From Myxococcota bacterium (lineage in GTDB: Bacteria > Myxococcota > XYA12-FULL-58-9 > JABJBS01): 64,000 bases of DNA. The translations under genes and the position numbers were made by a program. Numbering within the stretch: the stretch's first letter is position 1; each line of letters starts with the position of its first letter. Shown here piece by piece: positions 41,238 through 51,938 of this stretch. The notes beneath the pieces were generated by a model, which made no database searches, was not told where the DNA came from, and saw nothing but the letters and a program-made list of their open reading frames with translations. The stretch spans positions 18,218-82,217 of the forward strand of contig JAYZAY010000078.1 in NCBI GenBank assembly GCA_036339465.1, in the 5' to 3' direction.

Positions 41238-41956
41238 GTAATGGAACTCCCGCCATCAACGTTAATTCTCTGCCCATGAATAAAATCGCCCTCTCGAACC
41301 AAATAAAGAGCCAACTTTGCAATATCCTCAACACAACCGGTGCGCTTCAACGGTATGGTTTGTTTAATCGCCTCTTGTTCTGGCGGGGTAAAATTCTCAG
41401 GAAAAGCCACGGTGCCTGGGCCAATTCCATTCACTCGAACCTTCGGGGCCAACTCAAGAGCCATCAATTTCGTAAACATATCCAAGGCAGCTTTACTCAT
41501 AAAGTAGTGGGAATATTTCTCATACGGATTATCTAAAGCCCCATCTGTTATATTCAAAATCACGGGTGCTTGGGATTTTTCCAAAAGGGGCAATAAACCT
41601 TGGCAGAGGAAAAACGGCGCCTCTACATTCACCTGAAACATTTCCCTCAAATCCGTATGACTAATGTCTGTAAAACCCTTTCGCCTATACAAACCCGCAT
41701 TGTTTACCAAAACATCCAGCTCAGATGAGACCTTCATTGTCTCGGTTACAAGTGTTCGAACCCCTACATCCGTGGATAAATCCGCGACCACCAAAAATGC
41801 GGTGCTCCCGCAATTGCGACAGAACTCAGCCACCGACTGGCCGCTCTCTAAGGAATGATTAACATGGAGAACGAGGTCATATTTCTCCCGAGCAAAGGCC
41901 TCGGCAATAGCCTTACCGACACGTACACCTGCGCCCGTTATCAGTGCCATCGGCAT
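41234..41956 (-). CDS. pteridine reductase-type SDR (FolM/PTR1-like)
   Basis: TGAGVRVG with the pteridine-reductase Arg, NITD and YFMSK; overlaps folB. Confidence 0.8.
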   Translation of the reverse strand: MPMALITGAGVRVGKAIAEAFAREKYDLVLHVNHSLESGQSVAEFCRNCGSTAFLVVADLSTDVGVRTLVTETMKVSSELDVLVNNAGLYRRKGFTDISHTDLREMFQVNVEAPFFLCQGLLPLLEKSQAPVILNITDGALDNPYEKYSHYFMSKAALDMFTKLMALELAPKVRVNGIGPGTVAFPENFTPPEQEAIKQTIPLKRTGCVEDIAKLALYLVREGDFIHGQRINVDGGSSIT

Positions 41957-41987
41957 GGTAAATCACCTCGTCTCATTATACGCGAAA

Positions 41988-43433
41988 TCAACACTCGGCC
42001 CAAAGTTCAGCCATCCAAGCTTCCACTTCGTCAGAATCACGAGGCACGTCGGTCAAAACCTCAAAACCCGTTTTTGTCACCAAAACGTCATCTTCAATGC
42101 GGACCCCAATACCTCGATATTTCCTAGGCACTGTTAAATCATCCTTCTGAAAATACAGCCCTGGTTCAATGGTTAGAACCATACCCGGCTCCAATAATCC
42201 TTTTCGGTAACGTTGCGGAGAGGCCCACGAACAATCGTGCACATCCATTCCCAACATGTGGGATACCCCATGCAAAGTAAATCGCTTGAAAAATTGATTT
42301 TCGGAATGCATGGCTTCTTCAGCCGTCCCCGGTAGTAGCTTCAATTTCTCCAACCCCTCTGCCAAAACTGCCATGGCGGCCCAATGCGGAGCCAAGAATG
42401 AAGCACCGGGTTTAACTGCTTCGATGGCTGCTTTCTGCGAAGCGCGCACTAAGTCGTAAATGACTTTTTGAACTGGGGAATATTTCCCACTGATCGGAAG
42501 AGTCCTCGTGACATCGGCGGTATAGAGATGTTGCCCCTCTATACCTGCATCCAAAAGCAATAAGTCCTTCTGACTTAACAAACTGTCATTTCGACCCCAA
42601 TGCAATATGCAGGCATTTGCCCCACCGGCAGCGATGACATTATATCCAACATCATTACCATCGATCCGAGCCCTAGCCACAAATGCCGCCTCAACTTCTC
42701 TTTCCGTTTTAGCATCTTTCAAGCATCGAACCACATCATCAAAACCCCGACGCGTCATTTTACAAGCGTCTTTGAGTAAACCTATTTCAAATCGGGATTT
42801 AATCAGGCGCATCTCGGAAATTGCGCTCATCAATTCTAAATTTTTCTTATGTTGCTTTGGTAAGACACCCTCTACAAGAGACGAAGCACCTTCTACCAAT
42901 CGGAACGCATGTTTACCGAGTCTAATTGACCGTAGATATTCCGGTAGATCCGCTAAATTCCGACACGCATCAACCTGGAAACGATGTAGACTCTCCTTAA
43001 TGCCCAAACGCGGGCCCACCCACAACTCCCCCTTGTGGCGATCGGTAAAGAAAGTCGGTTCACTCCGCCCGGGGTTCGGTTCAACAAAAAGGATATGCTT
43101 ATGCCTCCTTCCCGCTGGCTCCATCACTAAAACACAATCTGCCTCTGCATTACCCGTCAAATAGAAGAAGTCGGTACCTGGCCGGAAACGAAAATGAGTG
43201 TCATTCGCCCGAACCTTCTCGTGTCCCGTAGGAACAATAAGATACTCTCCCTCAAATTCTTTCCCTAAGGTCGTCCGACGAAGGTCATAATGCTGAGCAC
43301 CCCTTATCTTCTTGGGCATTTTTGGCATTTCGTTTTTCCAGCCTTGGAGCATAAAATCCACAAATGCTGGGGGATAAGGCTGATCGTGGGCCACCTTAGA
43401 CTTTTTCTTTGTCGTATTCTTTGTCGCTGTCAT
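41988..43433 (-). CDS. pepP: Xaa-Pro aminopeptidase
   Basis: DFFYLTG, LLDAG, ADVTRT, HGVSHMLGMDVHD, TIEPG and GVRIEDD motifs. Confidence 0.93.
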   Translation of the reverse strand: MTATKNTTKKKSKVAHDQPYPPAFVDFMLQGWKNEMPKMPKKIRGAQHYDLRRTTLGKEFEGEYLIVPTGHEKVRANDTHFRFRPGTDFFYLTGNAEADCVLVMEPAGRRHKHILFVEPNPGRSEPTFFTDRHKGELWVGPRLGIKESLHRFQVDACRNLADLPEYLRSIRLGKHAFRLVEGASSLVEGVLPKQHKKNLELMSAISEMRLIKSRFEIGLLKDACKMTRRGFDDVVRCLKDAKTEREVEAAFVARARIDGNDVGYNVIAAGGANACILHWGRNDSLLSQKDLLLLDAGIEGQHLYTADVTRTLPISGKYSPVQKVIYDLVRASQKAAIEAVKPGASFLAPHWAAMAVLAEGLEKLKLLPGTAEEAMHSENQFFKRFTLHGVSHMLGMDVHDCSWASPQRYRKGLLEPGMVLTIEPGLYFQKDDLTVPRKYRGIGVRIEDDVLVTKTGFEVLTDVPRDSDEVEAWMAELWAEC

Positions 43434-43666
43434 GAAAACGTTGTTAGCAGCGACCACGCGGAGTCGCAACACATAGTCTTCAGCACTTCTACAAAGCCCA
43501 AAATAACATCAACAACTCCTTGTGCCCCCTCACGGCCGCCTTCCAAAACCGTGCCTACAGCTCCAATTCGTCGTAACCTTCCACGAAAACCTCGGGCATA
43601 GGCTCACGAAAGGACAAAAATCACCACACTTGCAATAAAGGGCCGCACAACTCATAGATTGTAACC

Positions 43667-44932
43667 ATGCTCGCATACTTCATCATACTTGGAATCATCG
43701 CGAATCCTCCCACAAAATTCGAGTATGTCTTGGAAGCAGAAATCGCATTGACATCCGATCAGCCGCACCTCGCTATCCAAGCACTAGAAAAAGCACTAGA
43801 AACCGACTCAGAGGATATCGATATCCTCGCCGCTTTGGCGACCCTCTATTTTCAGGCCCAGAAATTTGAACGTGCGGAAGAATTGTTTGCCACGTTACTT
43901 CAATTCGACCCTTACGACGATGAAAGCAGAATCCTCTATACCAAAACACTCGGCCATCAGCATAAAATCGAAGAAGCTATGGGCGAACAAAGGAAGCTGG
44001 AAAAACGCCACCCAGAACTAACAGAACTCGTTGCCCTAAGAAAAAATCTTGAATCCAATAGCTTGGCCCCAACCTATCCTCGAACTTGGACCCCGTTTAC
44101 AGCAATCCGCGCCACCACAGGCTTCGATTCAAATTATGGGCTACTCCCCTCTCTAACCTCCGTTAACAGTCTTGGTTTTCACCAAGCGATACCCATGACG
44201 CTTGAATTCACCGGAGGGATATCCGTTCGAGGCTTTCGTGATTCAACTGCGCTCTTTGGCTACATAAGCACTCAACACAGTGCCCAGAACTTCTCCGTGT
44301 TTGAAGAAATTATGCCAAACACCCTCGGCCTCATCGGAACAACGCAATGGTCACTGGGGACGGTCTCACTCGCTGGCATTTTCGGTTTTGAGGAACTCTT
44401 TACCAAGCACTTCACAAAGCACTATCAACGCAGCACCTGGCTGGAAGCAGCCGTTGAATATCATGTTCAAACCAAAACAAAGCTGTTCACGAAAATCCAA
44501 TCCTCACTCCGCAAAGCAGTTGATAGACCCCTCGATCCACTCTTTGATTTTTCCGTAGGTTACGAGCAAATGCTCTCGCCCTGCACCCTCACCCTAGAAA
44601 GCTATTTTAAACAATCATTCGGCCAATCAGCCGACAGCACCGTCCTGAGTTACGCCGATTCCGGATACCAAGAGCTCGGTGCACGTCTCGGGTTAAAGAC
44701 AAAACTCCCATTCAATCTCAACAACCACACCCGTGTTGAATACTCCGCCAAAACCTTCGACGTGGAACTCGACGAAGCACTCTGGGGCCTGGAAGACCGA
44801 CTCAATTGGGAGAAAGATTGGGGAACCCTATTTCTGACTTATCGATTTACGATTAATTATTCCGCCCATGAAACTCGAGACTATGAGCGGCATCAAATAC
44901 AAGCAGGAATCCAGCTATGGTACACCATGTAA
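43667..44932 (+). CDS. TPR-repeat protein with C-terminal outer-membrane beta-barrel
   Basis: N-terminal TPRs, GFDSN strand start, amphipathic strands ending YERHQIQAGIQLWY. Confidence 0.65.
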   Translation: MLAYFIILGIIANPPTKFEYVLEAEIALTSDQPHLAIQALEKALETDSEDIDILAALATLYFQAQKFERAEELFATLLQFDPYDDESRILYTKTLGHQHKIEEAMGEQRKLEKRHPELTELVALRKNLESNSLAPTYPRTWTPFTAIRATTGFDSNYGLLPSLTSVNSLGFHQAIPMTLEFTGGISVRGFRDSTALFGYISTQHSAQNFSVFEEIMPNTLGLIGTTQWSLGTVSLAGIFGFEELFTKHFTKHYQRSTWLEAAVEYHVQTKTKLFTKIQSSLRKAVDRPLDPLFDFSVGYEQMLSPCTLTLESYFKQSFGQSADSTVLSYADSGYQELGARLGLKTKLPFNLNNHTRVEYSAKTFDVELDEALWGLEDRLNWEKDWGTLFLTYRFTINYSAHETRDYERHQIQAGIQLWYTM

Positions 44933-45720
44933 TATTCGTAGCCATCTCAAGCCTCCATATACCCCTCGGAAACCCTGCAACTCTTTTGTCCGCAGTCGGT
45001 GATGTCACAATCAGTCATGCCAATCATTCAGGCCAAGTAAGTAGATTCATGAAAATTCCACAGGATGCATTTCTAGAAACCGGAAAAGCATCCACTGCTT
45101 CCTTGCGACTATACAGCGGCTCACTCATTCGAATGGCCCCACATACCAAACTTCAACTCAAACAGCTCAAGCATGGGAAAATCGCAGGCAAACGACGAGA
45201 AAGCTTTAAGCTAATCATTGGAAGCATTTGGGCCAAAGCAATGAAATTGACCGGAAATGAATCATCATTCGAAATCGCCACACAACACGCTGTTGCCGGC
45301 ATTAGGGGAACAGCTTTCGAAGTAACAACCTCACTTGAAGGGGATTCCTATTCTGTGTCAGAGGGAAGCATTGAGATTACTCGAAAAGATATACAATCCA
45401 GGCCTATCCAACTTTCCGCAGGGGATCAGTTACAATTTTTGAAACAGGCCGCCACTTCAAGACGAGGTATTTCCCTAGCTTCATCACGCCAACTCAAATC
45501 GAAATACGGCAACGCCGCCAATATTCAAGACACACTTCAAACCGAATCGAAATCTGAAGTCTGGGCAAAAAAACGACGACTTGAGAAACTCAAAAAGATG
45601 AGGAAAAAGACCACCTCGCCGAGTACGAACGACGATTCCAACCTAGACTCTAATATTAGGAGTCGCATCGAAGACAACATCGCCAAGCTCAAAGTAAATC
45701 TTATACTTCCGTCCGATTAG
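44917..45720 (+). CDS. FecR-domain protein
   Basis: LETG..S.A.L...GSLIRM...T, FEIATQHAVAGIRGTAF and VSEGSI motifs. Confidence 0.85.
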   Translation: MVHHVIFVAISSLHIPLGNPATLLSAVGDVTISHANHSGQVSRFMKIPQDAFLETGKASTASLRLYSGSLIRMAPHTKLQLKQLKHGKIAGKRRESFKLIIGSIWAKAMKLTGNESSFEIATQHAVAGIRGTAFEVTTSLEGDSYSVSEGSIEITRKDIQSRPIQLSAGDQLQFLKQAATSRRGISLASSRQLKSKYGNAANIQDTLQTESKSEVWAKKRRLEKLKKMRKKTTSPSTNDDSNLDSNIRSRIEDNIAKLKVNLILPSD

Positions 45721-46204
45721 TCGGATCTTTGTCCCTTTCATCTAGCGTCGCGTCGACAACCCTAGAAGCTGACTGCTGGCGGTGGACGCTTGGATCAGAC
45801 CAGTTATTATTTCCATAGCTTTGTACCACAACATTACCGGTTTTAATTCTCTCCACAATATAGGCCCCAAGCCAACTAGAAATAACGTTTCGAGTAGGTG
45901 GTATAACCAAGAGAAAGCCCACCACATCTGTTAAGATGCCCGGGGTCAGTAAAAGAGCGCCCCCCATAAAAATAGCGAGTCCATTCATGATTGAACCCGT
46001 GGGCACCTGCCCCCCCTGAAATTGCTTGACGGCTGTCAAAAAAACGCGGCTTCCTTCGTGTCTTGCTAGCGCGGCTCCTAAAACACCCGTAACAAAAATA
46101 AGCCCGATGGTCGAAGCGAGACCGACCATTTCTCCAAGTCGAATCAAAATCGCCAATTCCAACAAGGGCACGGTAATGAAGAGCAAAGCTAATATTCTGA
46201 ACAA
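45701..46204 (-). CDS. fxsA: FxsA-family membrane protein
   Basis: VPLLEL, TGVLGAALAR and GGALLLTPGILTD motifs. Confidence 0.92.
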   Translation of the reverse strand: MFRILALLFITVPLLELAILIRLGEMVGLASTIGLIFVTGVLGAALARHEGSRVFLTAVKQFQGGQVPTGSIMNGLAIFMGGALLLTPGILTDVVGFLLVIPPTRNVISSWLGAYIVERIKTGNVVVQSYGNNNWSDPSVHRQQSASRVVDATLDERDKDPTNRTEV

Positions 46205-46310
46205 CGAACGACTCCTAACGAGAAAATAATGCGACGTTATATGATGTCAATAGGAATGAAGATCAACACATTGAGTTTCGACCCAAGAGCCCCTAAACTA
46301 GGTTTATACA

Positions 46311-47990
46311 ATGACCTATGATTTACATGATCTAAACCTACCTCGTTTAACGGGCTTTCAACTCAAACTCGCAGCGAAGGCCATCAGAAATCCATTGATT
46401 GCCCCGATCCTCGGACCCATTCTCCTCAATAATCTAGGATTTAGTAGACTCAAACGGTTTCACTCCAAGCTAACACCTCGCCTACTGCCACTTCACCCCC
46501 ACCCAATAGAGCGCCAAGAGGCAAAAACAGACTCAAGCCCCGAATCCCAAGCCCCTCAAAAAGAAACATCCGAATTCCAATTTAGGGAGGCAAGGGATTT
46601 TACTCGCGCCTATAAAGAAAGGATTTTTCAACCCTCAACAATCGCTGAACGTATCATCAACACAATTCAGAAGTGGGAACGCGAAGAAGACTCCTTCGTC
46701 GCTCTCTCGCAATTTGCTCAAGAAGATATATTACAACAAGCAAAAAGTTCTACCCAAAGATGGCAAGCAGGGACTCCCCTAAGCCCCCTAGACGGTGTTC
46801 CAATAAGCGTGAAAGAAGAATTGGACCTGCTACCATACGCAACCAATGTGGGCACCTGGATATATCGACGCAATTACCCCACCACCGATGCAACGGTGGT
46901 CGCACGATTACGAAAAGCGGGAGCACTGTTGATCGGCAAAGCGGTGATGCATGAGATCGGTATTGGCGTCACAGGCTTTAATACTCACTATGGAATGCCC
47001 CAAAACCCCTACCAACTCCGCAGCTATCCGGGAGGCTCATCCTCAGGTTCGGCCGTCTCCGTAGCCAGCGGCCTGTGCCCAATTTCTATCGGTGCCGATG
47101 GAGGCGGTTCCATTCGAATCCCCGCATCCTTTTGTGGTGTCTATGGACTCAAGGCAACATTTGGTCGAATTAGTGAAGCGGGAGCCGCACCTCTATGCTG
47201 GTCAGTCGCACACGTGGGACCCATTGCCAACTCCATCCGAGATCTCGCCCTCTCATACCAAACCATCGCAGGCCCAGACTCCCGTGATCCCAATTCTCAA
47301 AATCAACCCGCCCCCGATCTACCTAGACGAGAAAGTAAAGACTTATCTGGTACGGTTATTGGTATCCACCGCGACTGGTTTGAACATTCTGATTCCGAAA
47401 TCGTACAGGCATGCCAACATGCAGTAGACCACCTTGTTCGTTTAGGCGCATCAGTGAAGCCAATTACAGTGGAATATCTGGAGGAAAGCCGACTGGCCCA
47501 CGCGGTCACCATCGCATCGGAAATGTTGACATCCATGTCACATGCCTTTCCCTCACAAGCCCATGAGTTCGGTTTAGATGTTCAGATGAATCTTGGCCTC
47601 GCGTCCGCATTTCAGAGCAGCGACTATTTAAAAGCGCAACAAATCCGAGCACAAGCCATTCAAAACCTGGAGCAAATTTTTCTAGAAGTGGATGTCATCG
47701 CCACACCAACCACAGCATGTACATCCCCCTTCATTCCAGAAGACGCACTGCCCCACGGCGAAAGCGACCTGACCGTCCTCACTCGGATCATGCGATACGC
47801 TTTTCTAGCGAACCTTACCGGAATCCCCGGCCTAAGTGCCCCCGTGGGCTATGACCACTGGGGAAAACCAATCGGATTACAACTTATGGGAAGACCATGG
47901 CAAGAATCGATGTTGATACGATTTGGACATGCTTTGCAAGAATACCACGGTTTCAAAAGGCCCCAGCGCTACGTGGACCTACTCGTTTAA
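46311..47990 (+). CDS. amidase signature family protein (FAAH-like)
   Basis: LDGVPISVKE, GGSSSGS and GADGGGSIRIPA motifs. Confidence 0.92.
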   Translation: MTYDLHDLNLPRLTGFQLKLAAKAIRNPLIAPILGPILLNNLGFSRLKRFHSKLTPRLLPLHPHPIERQEAKTDSSPESQAPQKETSEFQFREARDFTRAYKERIFQPSTIAERIINTIQKWEREEDSFVALSQFAQEDILQQAKSSTQRWQAGTPLSPLDGVPISVKEELDLLPYATNVGTWIYRRNYPTTDATVVARLRKAGALLIGKAVMHEIGIGVTGFNTHYGMPQNPYQLRSYPGGSSSGSAVSVASGLCPISIGADGGGSIRIPASFCGVYGLKATFGRISEAGAAPLCWSVAHVGPIANSIRDLALSYQTIAGPDSRDPNSQNQPAPDLPRRESKDLSGTVIGIHRDWFEHSDSEIVQACQHAVDHLVRLGASVKPITVEYLEESRLAHAVTIASEMLTSMSHAFPSQAHEFGLDVQMNLGLASAFQSSDYLKAQQIRAQAIQNLEQIFLEVDVIATPTTACTSPFIPEDALPHGESDLTVLTRIMRYAFLANLTGIPGLSAPVGYDHWGKPIGLQLMGRPWQESMLIRFGHALQEYHGFKRPQRYVDLLV

Positions 47991-48001
47991 TAAAACCCTG
48001 C

Positions 48002-49621
48002 TCAGCCCCCTAAAACAACCTGGTTGAGCTGGGGGTTCACCTGAACCTTTATTTTTTTAACCAAACGACGAATAGAGAGTCGAGCCGCTTCTCGAAAATT
48101 TCGACTTCCATCTTTCCTGGTCTCAGTAAAAGAACCAAGCACCACACCGCGCACCAAATTCTTGACTTCCACGTTAATGACGGCCCGCGCGAAATGAAGA
48201 TTCTTGGCTCTACCACTTCCCTGCCCTGCGTCCTCAACTTCGATTCGGGCAGCAATCACGATATCAGGCCCCTCGCCAAGAGAATCCAAAATTTGTACTC
48301 CCTTAATCCGAAGTTGACGCATCAACTCCCCCCGAAACTCCTCCGCATGGGGCCCCTCAGCTAAGACCATCACCTTAAGTCCCTCGACAGCTGCTTCAAA
48401 GGCCGCTACCACATCGGTATAATTAAAAGGTGAAGCTACACCTATGCCCCTTGAGTTAACGATTCGAAGTTCTGCATTTTGGGCTTCCCTCAAAAGAAGT
48501 TGATTCAAGGCCTTGGAAAGCTTTTCGACTTTGAGTGTTTTTTCTGCATTTTTTGCCTCATCAAGATAGCGCCCCACCATTTGGTCTAAATCATCGATTT
48601 GTTTGTTGAGATCGCGCATTGCTAGGGCCCGCTCTAAACAAGCCAAAGCATAGGAATCTCTTTCCTTTGAAAGCCAGACCTCCAGAATTTTAACCCCTGA
48701 GAAAAGTTTCTGGGTGGTTGTTTTGGTTAGAATTTCTAACTCTTGGGTCTGAACAGGAGGAGCCCCCGAAGTCTTGTAAGCACCCACAAAATCCTGACTC
48801 GTAGACTCAACCCCAACCCGAAAAATCCTGGCTAAGGCCGCATAAGCCGCATTTTCAGCCGAGTTTCTCTGAGCGCCTATTCCCACCCCACAGAGAAACC
48901 TTTCATCGGGAAAATCCTCGCTAGCACCATCAACCCAATCAGGACGCTCTCTTCTCTCTCGAGTCGTCTTCCGAGAACGATTCTCTCTTTTGGATTCACT
49001 CGCAACCCGATCAGAGTTAGCATCAGCGGTAACGACAGGACTTAGCTTGGGGTTTCGTGGTTTGGGGTTAGCGTATTCATCAAAAATCTTCGCCAAAGAA
49101 CCATCATCCGGATGGGATTTAACCAATCCTGAACGCTCTGCCTCCAAGATAGCATCTCGAACCGCCGCTAGATCGATTTGAGCAAGAGAGTACAACGTCC
49201 CCACTCCGTCAACGTATCGATCAACAATCTGTGCACCCTTCAAGCTCTGGGCAGAAAAAGTTTTGGTCGCTTGCTCAATGGATTGCTCACCCTCTGAATT
49301 TGCATAATCCTTCATGAGAGAAGCAGAGTAAGTCTCGAATACCTTTGCCAGCTCAGCCCGAGCCCGATTATCAGATGCCGTCCTCAAAAGAGCAGGATTC
49401 TTAATCCCACCGGCCATTCCGACACCATAAAAAACACGGTCTGTATCCCCAGTAATAGCCCCACTACCTCGGCGAATCCATTCGGGTTTGCCATCCGCCT
49501 CGTAATTTGAATACGTTGTGGCACTTATTTGGCGCCGGGGAGCATCAGCACCACCTGTAACACAACCAAACCCCAGTAATAAGCCCCAAAAACAAACTGC
49601 AAAATATTGGATATAGCGCAT
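48002..49621 (-). CDS. lipoprotein with two LPP20-like domains
   Basis: Lipobox GFGC; twice P[ED]W...GVG...A...LA[KR]xF. Confidence 0.7.
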   Translation of the reverse strand: MRYIQYFAVCFWGLLLGFGCVTGGADAPRRQISATTYSNYEADGKPEWIRRGSGAITGDTDRVFYGVGMAGGIKNPALLRTASDNRARAELAKVFETYSASLMKDYANSEGEQSIEQATKTFSAQSLKGAQIVDRYVDGVGTLYSLAQIDLAAVRDAILEAERSGLVKSHPDDGSLAKIFDEYANPKPRNPKLSPVVTADANSDRVASESKRENRSRKTTRERRERPDWVDGASEDFPDERFLCGVGIGAQRNSAENAAYAALARIFRVGVESTSQDFVGAYKTSGAPPVQTQELEILTKTTTQKLFSGVKILEVWLSKERDSYALACLERALAMRDLNKQIDDLDQMVGRYLDEAKNAEKTLKVEKLSKALNQLLLREAQNAELRIVNSRGIGVASPFNYTDVVAAFEAAVEGLKVMVLAEGPHAEEFRGELMRQLRIKGVQILDSLGEGPDIVIAARIEVEDAGQGSGRAKNLHFARAVINVEVKNLVRGVVLGSFTETRKDGSRNFREAARLSIRRLVKKIKVQVNPQLNQVVLGG

Positions 49622-49718
49622 CCTCAATCCTCCCAAACAAGACGCTTAGCTCATCCAGCTATTCACTCGAAAGTAACCAGCAAAGACTGAGCAAGGTGCT
49701 CAAAGGGGAATACCGCTA

Positions 49719-51920
49719 TTAACGAGAAATTTCAAAGCGAGTGGTAACGTATCCTAGATTTCCTGCTGCATCGGAAGCCTTGAAATTTAAAACATGGGTA
49801 CCTACCTCAAGCTCCCCGAGATTCAGTTCAAAACTCTCCTCAGGACCGTCTAAAACGCCATCCTTTGGATTTAACATTCTAAAACCAGCACCATTAACAG
49901 AAAACGCCATGCCTGCAAAAGGACCTATGTTGTCGGTAGCATCTAAAGTGACCCGTGCCCTTCTGCCCCTAACCTTAACCCGAGGCTTCGATAACGAAGG
50001 AGGTGTATTATCAACCAAAACGGACCGACTTTCACGTACGTCCATACGCTCCAGGCCCATGGGATTGGAAACTGCATCACTTACTTCCACTCGAAACTGG
50101 TAAACCCCATCGGCAAATTGTGAAGAATCCATGGTATAAAACGGATACTCCATATCCTCATCAAGGCTCCGCCAAGCACCTGCATTGCGTGACCTCACAG
50201 ACAAGTTATACCTCAACTTATCACCATTTGGATCTTCGGCTGACCATCGCACGGTTAAGGCACCTCGCTTTTCAAGCTGCTTTGCCTTAAGTCGCCGGGG
50301 CTTTTTTGTCATCTGAGAAAGCTTCGTATCCAAGCGATCTGCCAAGGATATTTTTTCTTTTAGATTAACCATCTTCGATTTGCCCGGTTCACCCGGTACA
50401 GCGTGCATGGCTACATTTTTTCTTAAAGCAACCACTTCTCGAACAAAGGGAGGCAGGTTTTCCCGTAAATAAGCAGCCCTATAACGGTGAATGGTCGGAA
50501 CAACCTCACCGTTACCGCGTAAACGTATTTTTAGCTGCATAAAGCGGCCCGTATAATCTCCTTTTGGAGCACTACCTGGGTAGCTCATATAACCAGACCA
50601 ATCGGACCAAGAGTCGTCGGGATAGGCGGTTTGTCCCGTTCGTATTGCTACTTGCGCACGTGTCCGAGATGGAACATGACCAAACAGACTTAATAAGCCA
50701 AAACGTGCATTGATCTCTGCATCAAAGGGTTTCGATAAATATTCTCCCTCATGAGCATAATCTCTTCCCAAAACATCGAGTCGACTGGGACCCGCTGACA
50801 ACATGACCCGCGAACCATCAGCCCGACTCATCAAGCCAACAAGACGCTTGGCTGAACTTTGATAAACCAAACTAACAGAGCGAGCCGCAACAGAAATTTC
50901 GTATAAACGCCCCCTTGGGTTCCGGTGGTTAGCGACCGCTGTGGCCACAAGTACAGCCCCATCCTTCCACGACTCAACAGCAAAAACCGCTTCATCATCG
51001 GAACCCGCTAAAACCTCCGTGGTTCCCGTCATAGAAACACTAATCAGTTGACTCCGAACCTCACTCTTGCCGTCCTTTGCCTCAACTTTGCCACCGGCGC
51101 TGGCCTCTAAGCGGGGCAATTTATCTGCGCCACTCACCGCCGCAACAACCAACCGATTCCCAACCACGGTCAGGTCGGTTATCTCCCCATGGCGCGTGTC
51201 GCACAAAGCGGTGAAGGCTGAAGACTGTGGAGCCCGTCGGTATAGAACACCCGAACCAGATGTTCCCACGAATACCCCAAAATCCTTGCTCTCCTCAACC
51301 ACTCTCACATGGTCCTGCTCGGGCGCAAAAACCAATTCAGCTTCTCTCTTACCATTTAATTGAAACAGTAAACCGGGTGCCCCTGTACCAATCCACAAAT
51401 CCTTATCATTTATCGCCGCCGCAACGCTCCATATAAAATCCGCCTCAGGCTCAAACACCACCTCAATCTTGCCATCCATATTGACTTTGTAGAGTTTCGC
51501 GGGGGGGCCTCCCGCAGCGTAAATATCTTCACCCATCACCAAGAGTTTCGTAATCATGGGACTCGGTATTTGAGCAATTTTCTTTGTCTCCCCATTCGGC
51601 TGAAGCCAACGAATAAAACTATCTTCACTGGTCGCCACCAAAATACCTTCTTTATAAGGTGTGGCGGTAATGATTGAATGGCCAATCTTATCATTAAAGA
51701 CAGAAATGTCGGGTGGTAGGGTTATCGCCCCTTCTTCACTAATCGCAGTCGATTCAGGGTTTCCATTCAAAAGGGCGCCAAAACCTTCTACGTCATAATA
51801 TCTGGTATGCTCCGCTCGGACCTCCCCCCCAAAAACCACCATAACTGTTAACACTGTCCCCAGCCCAAGATTGGAGCACCTACATTTACCAATCATCAAG
51901 TACTCTCCTCGCCAAAACAC
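49719..51920 (-). CDS. secreted beta-propeller plus FN3/Ig-like protein
   Basis: Signal peptide, propeller blades (IGTGAPG, VGTSGSG), WSDWS, W.AEDPNGD and VDNTPP. Confidence 0.65.
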   Translation of the reverse strand: MFWRGEYLMIGKCRCSNLGLGTVLTVMVVFGGEVRAEHTRYYDVEGFGALLNGNPESTAISEEGAITLPPDISVFNDKIGHSIITATPYKEGILVATSEDSFIRWLQPNGETKKIAQIPSPMITKLLVMGEDIYAAGGPPAKLYKVNMDGKIEVVFEPEADFIWSVAAAINDKDLWIGTGAPGLLFQLNGKREAELVFAPEQDHVRVVEESKDFGVFVGTSGSGVLYRRAPQSSAFTALCDTRHGEITDLTVVGNRLVVAAVSGADKLPRLEASAGGKVEAKDGKSEVRSQLISVSMTGTTEVLAGSDDEAVFAVESWKDGAVLVATAVANHRNPRGRLYEISVAARSVSLVYQSSAKRLVGLMSRADGSRVMLSAGPSRLDVLGRDYAHEGEYLSKPFDAEINARFGLLSLFGHVPSRTRAQVAIRTGQTAYPDDSWSDWSGYMSYPGSAPKGDYTGRFMQLKIRLRGNGEVVPTIHRYRAAYLRENLPPFVREVVALRKNVAMHAVPGEPGKSKMVNLKEKISLADRLDTKLSQMTKKPRRLKAKQLEKRGALTVRWSAEDPNGDKLRYNLSVRSRNAGAWRSLDEDMEYPFYTMDSSQFADGVYQFRVEVSDAVSNPMGLERMDVRESRSVLVDNTPPSLSKPRVKVRGRRARVTLDATDNIGPFAGMAFSVNGAGFRMLNPKDGVLDGPEESFELNLGELEVGTHVLNFKASDAAGNLGYVTTRFEISR

Positions 51921-51938
51921 ATCTAGATTCGAATTCGT

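Noticed and set aside
40988..43164. Long antisense ORFs (40988-41536, 42607-43164) and similar shadow ORFs elsewhere
   Set aside because: They lie opposite well-supported genes and have no protein-like motifs.
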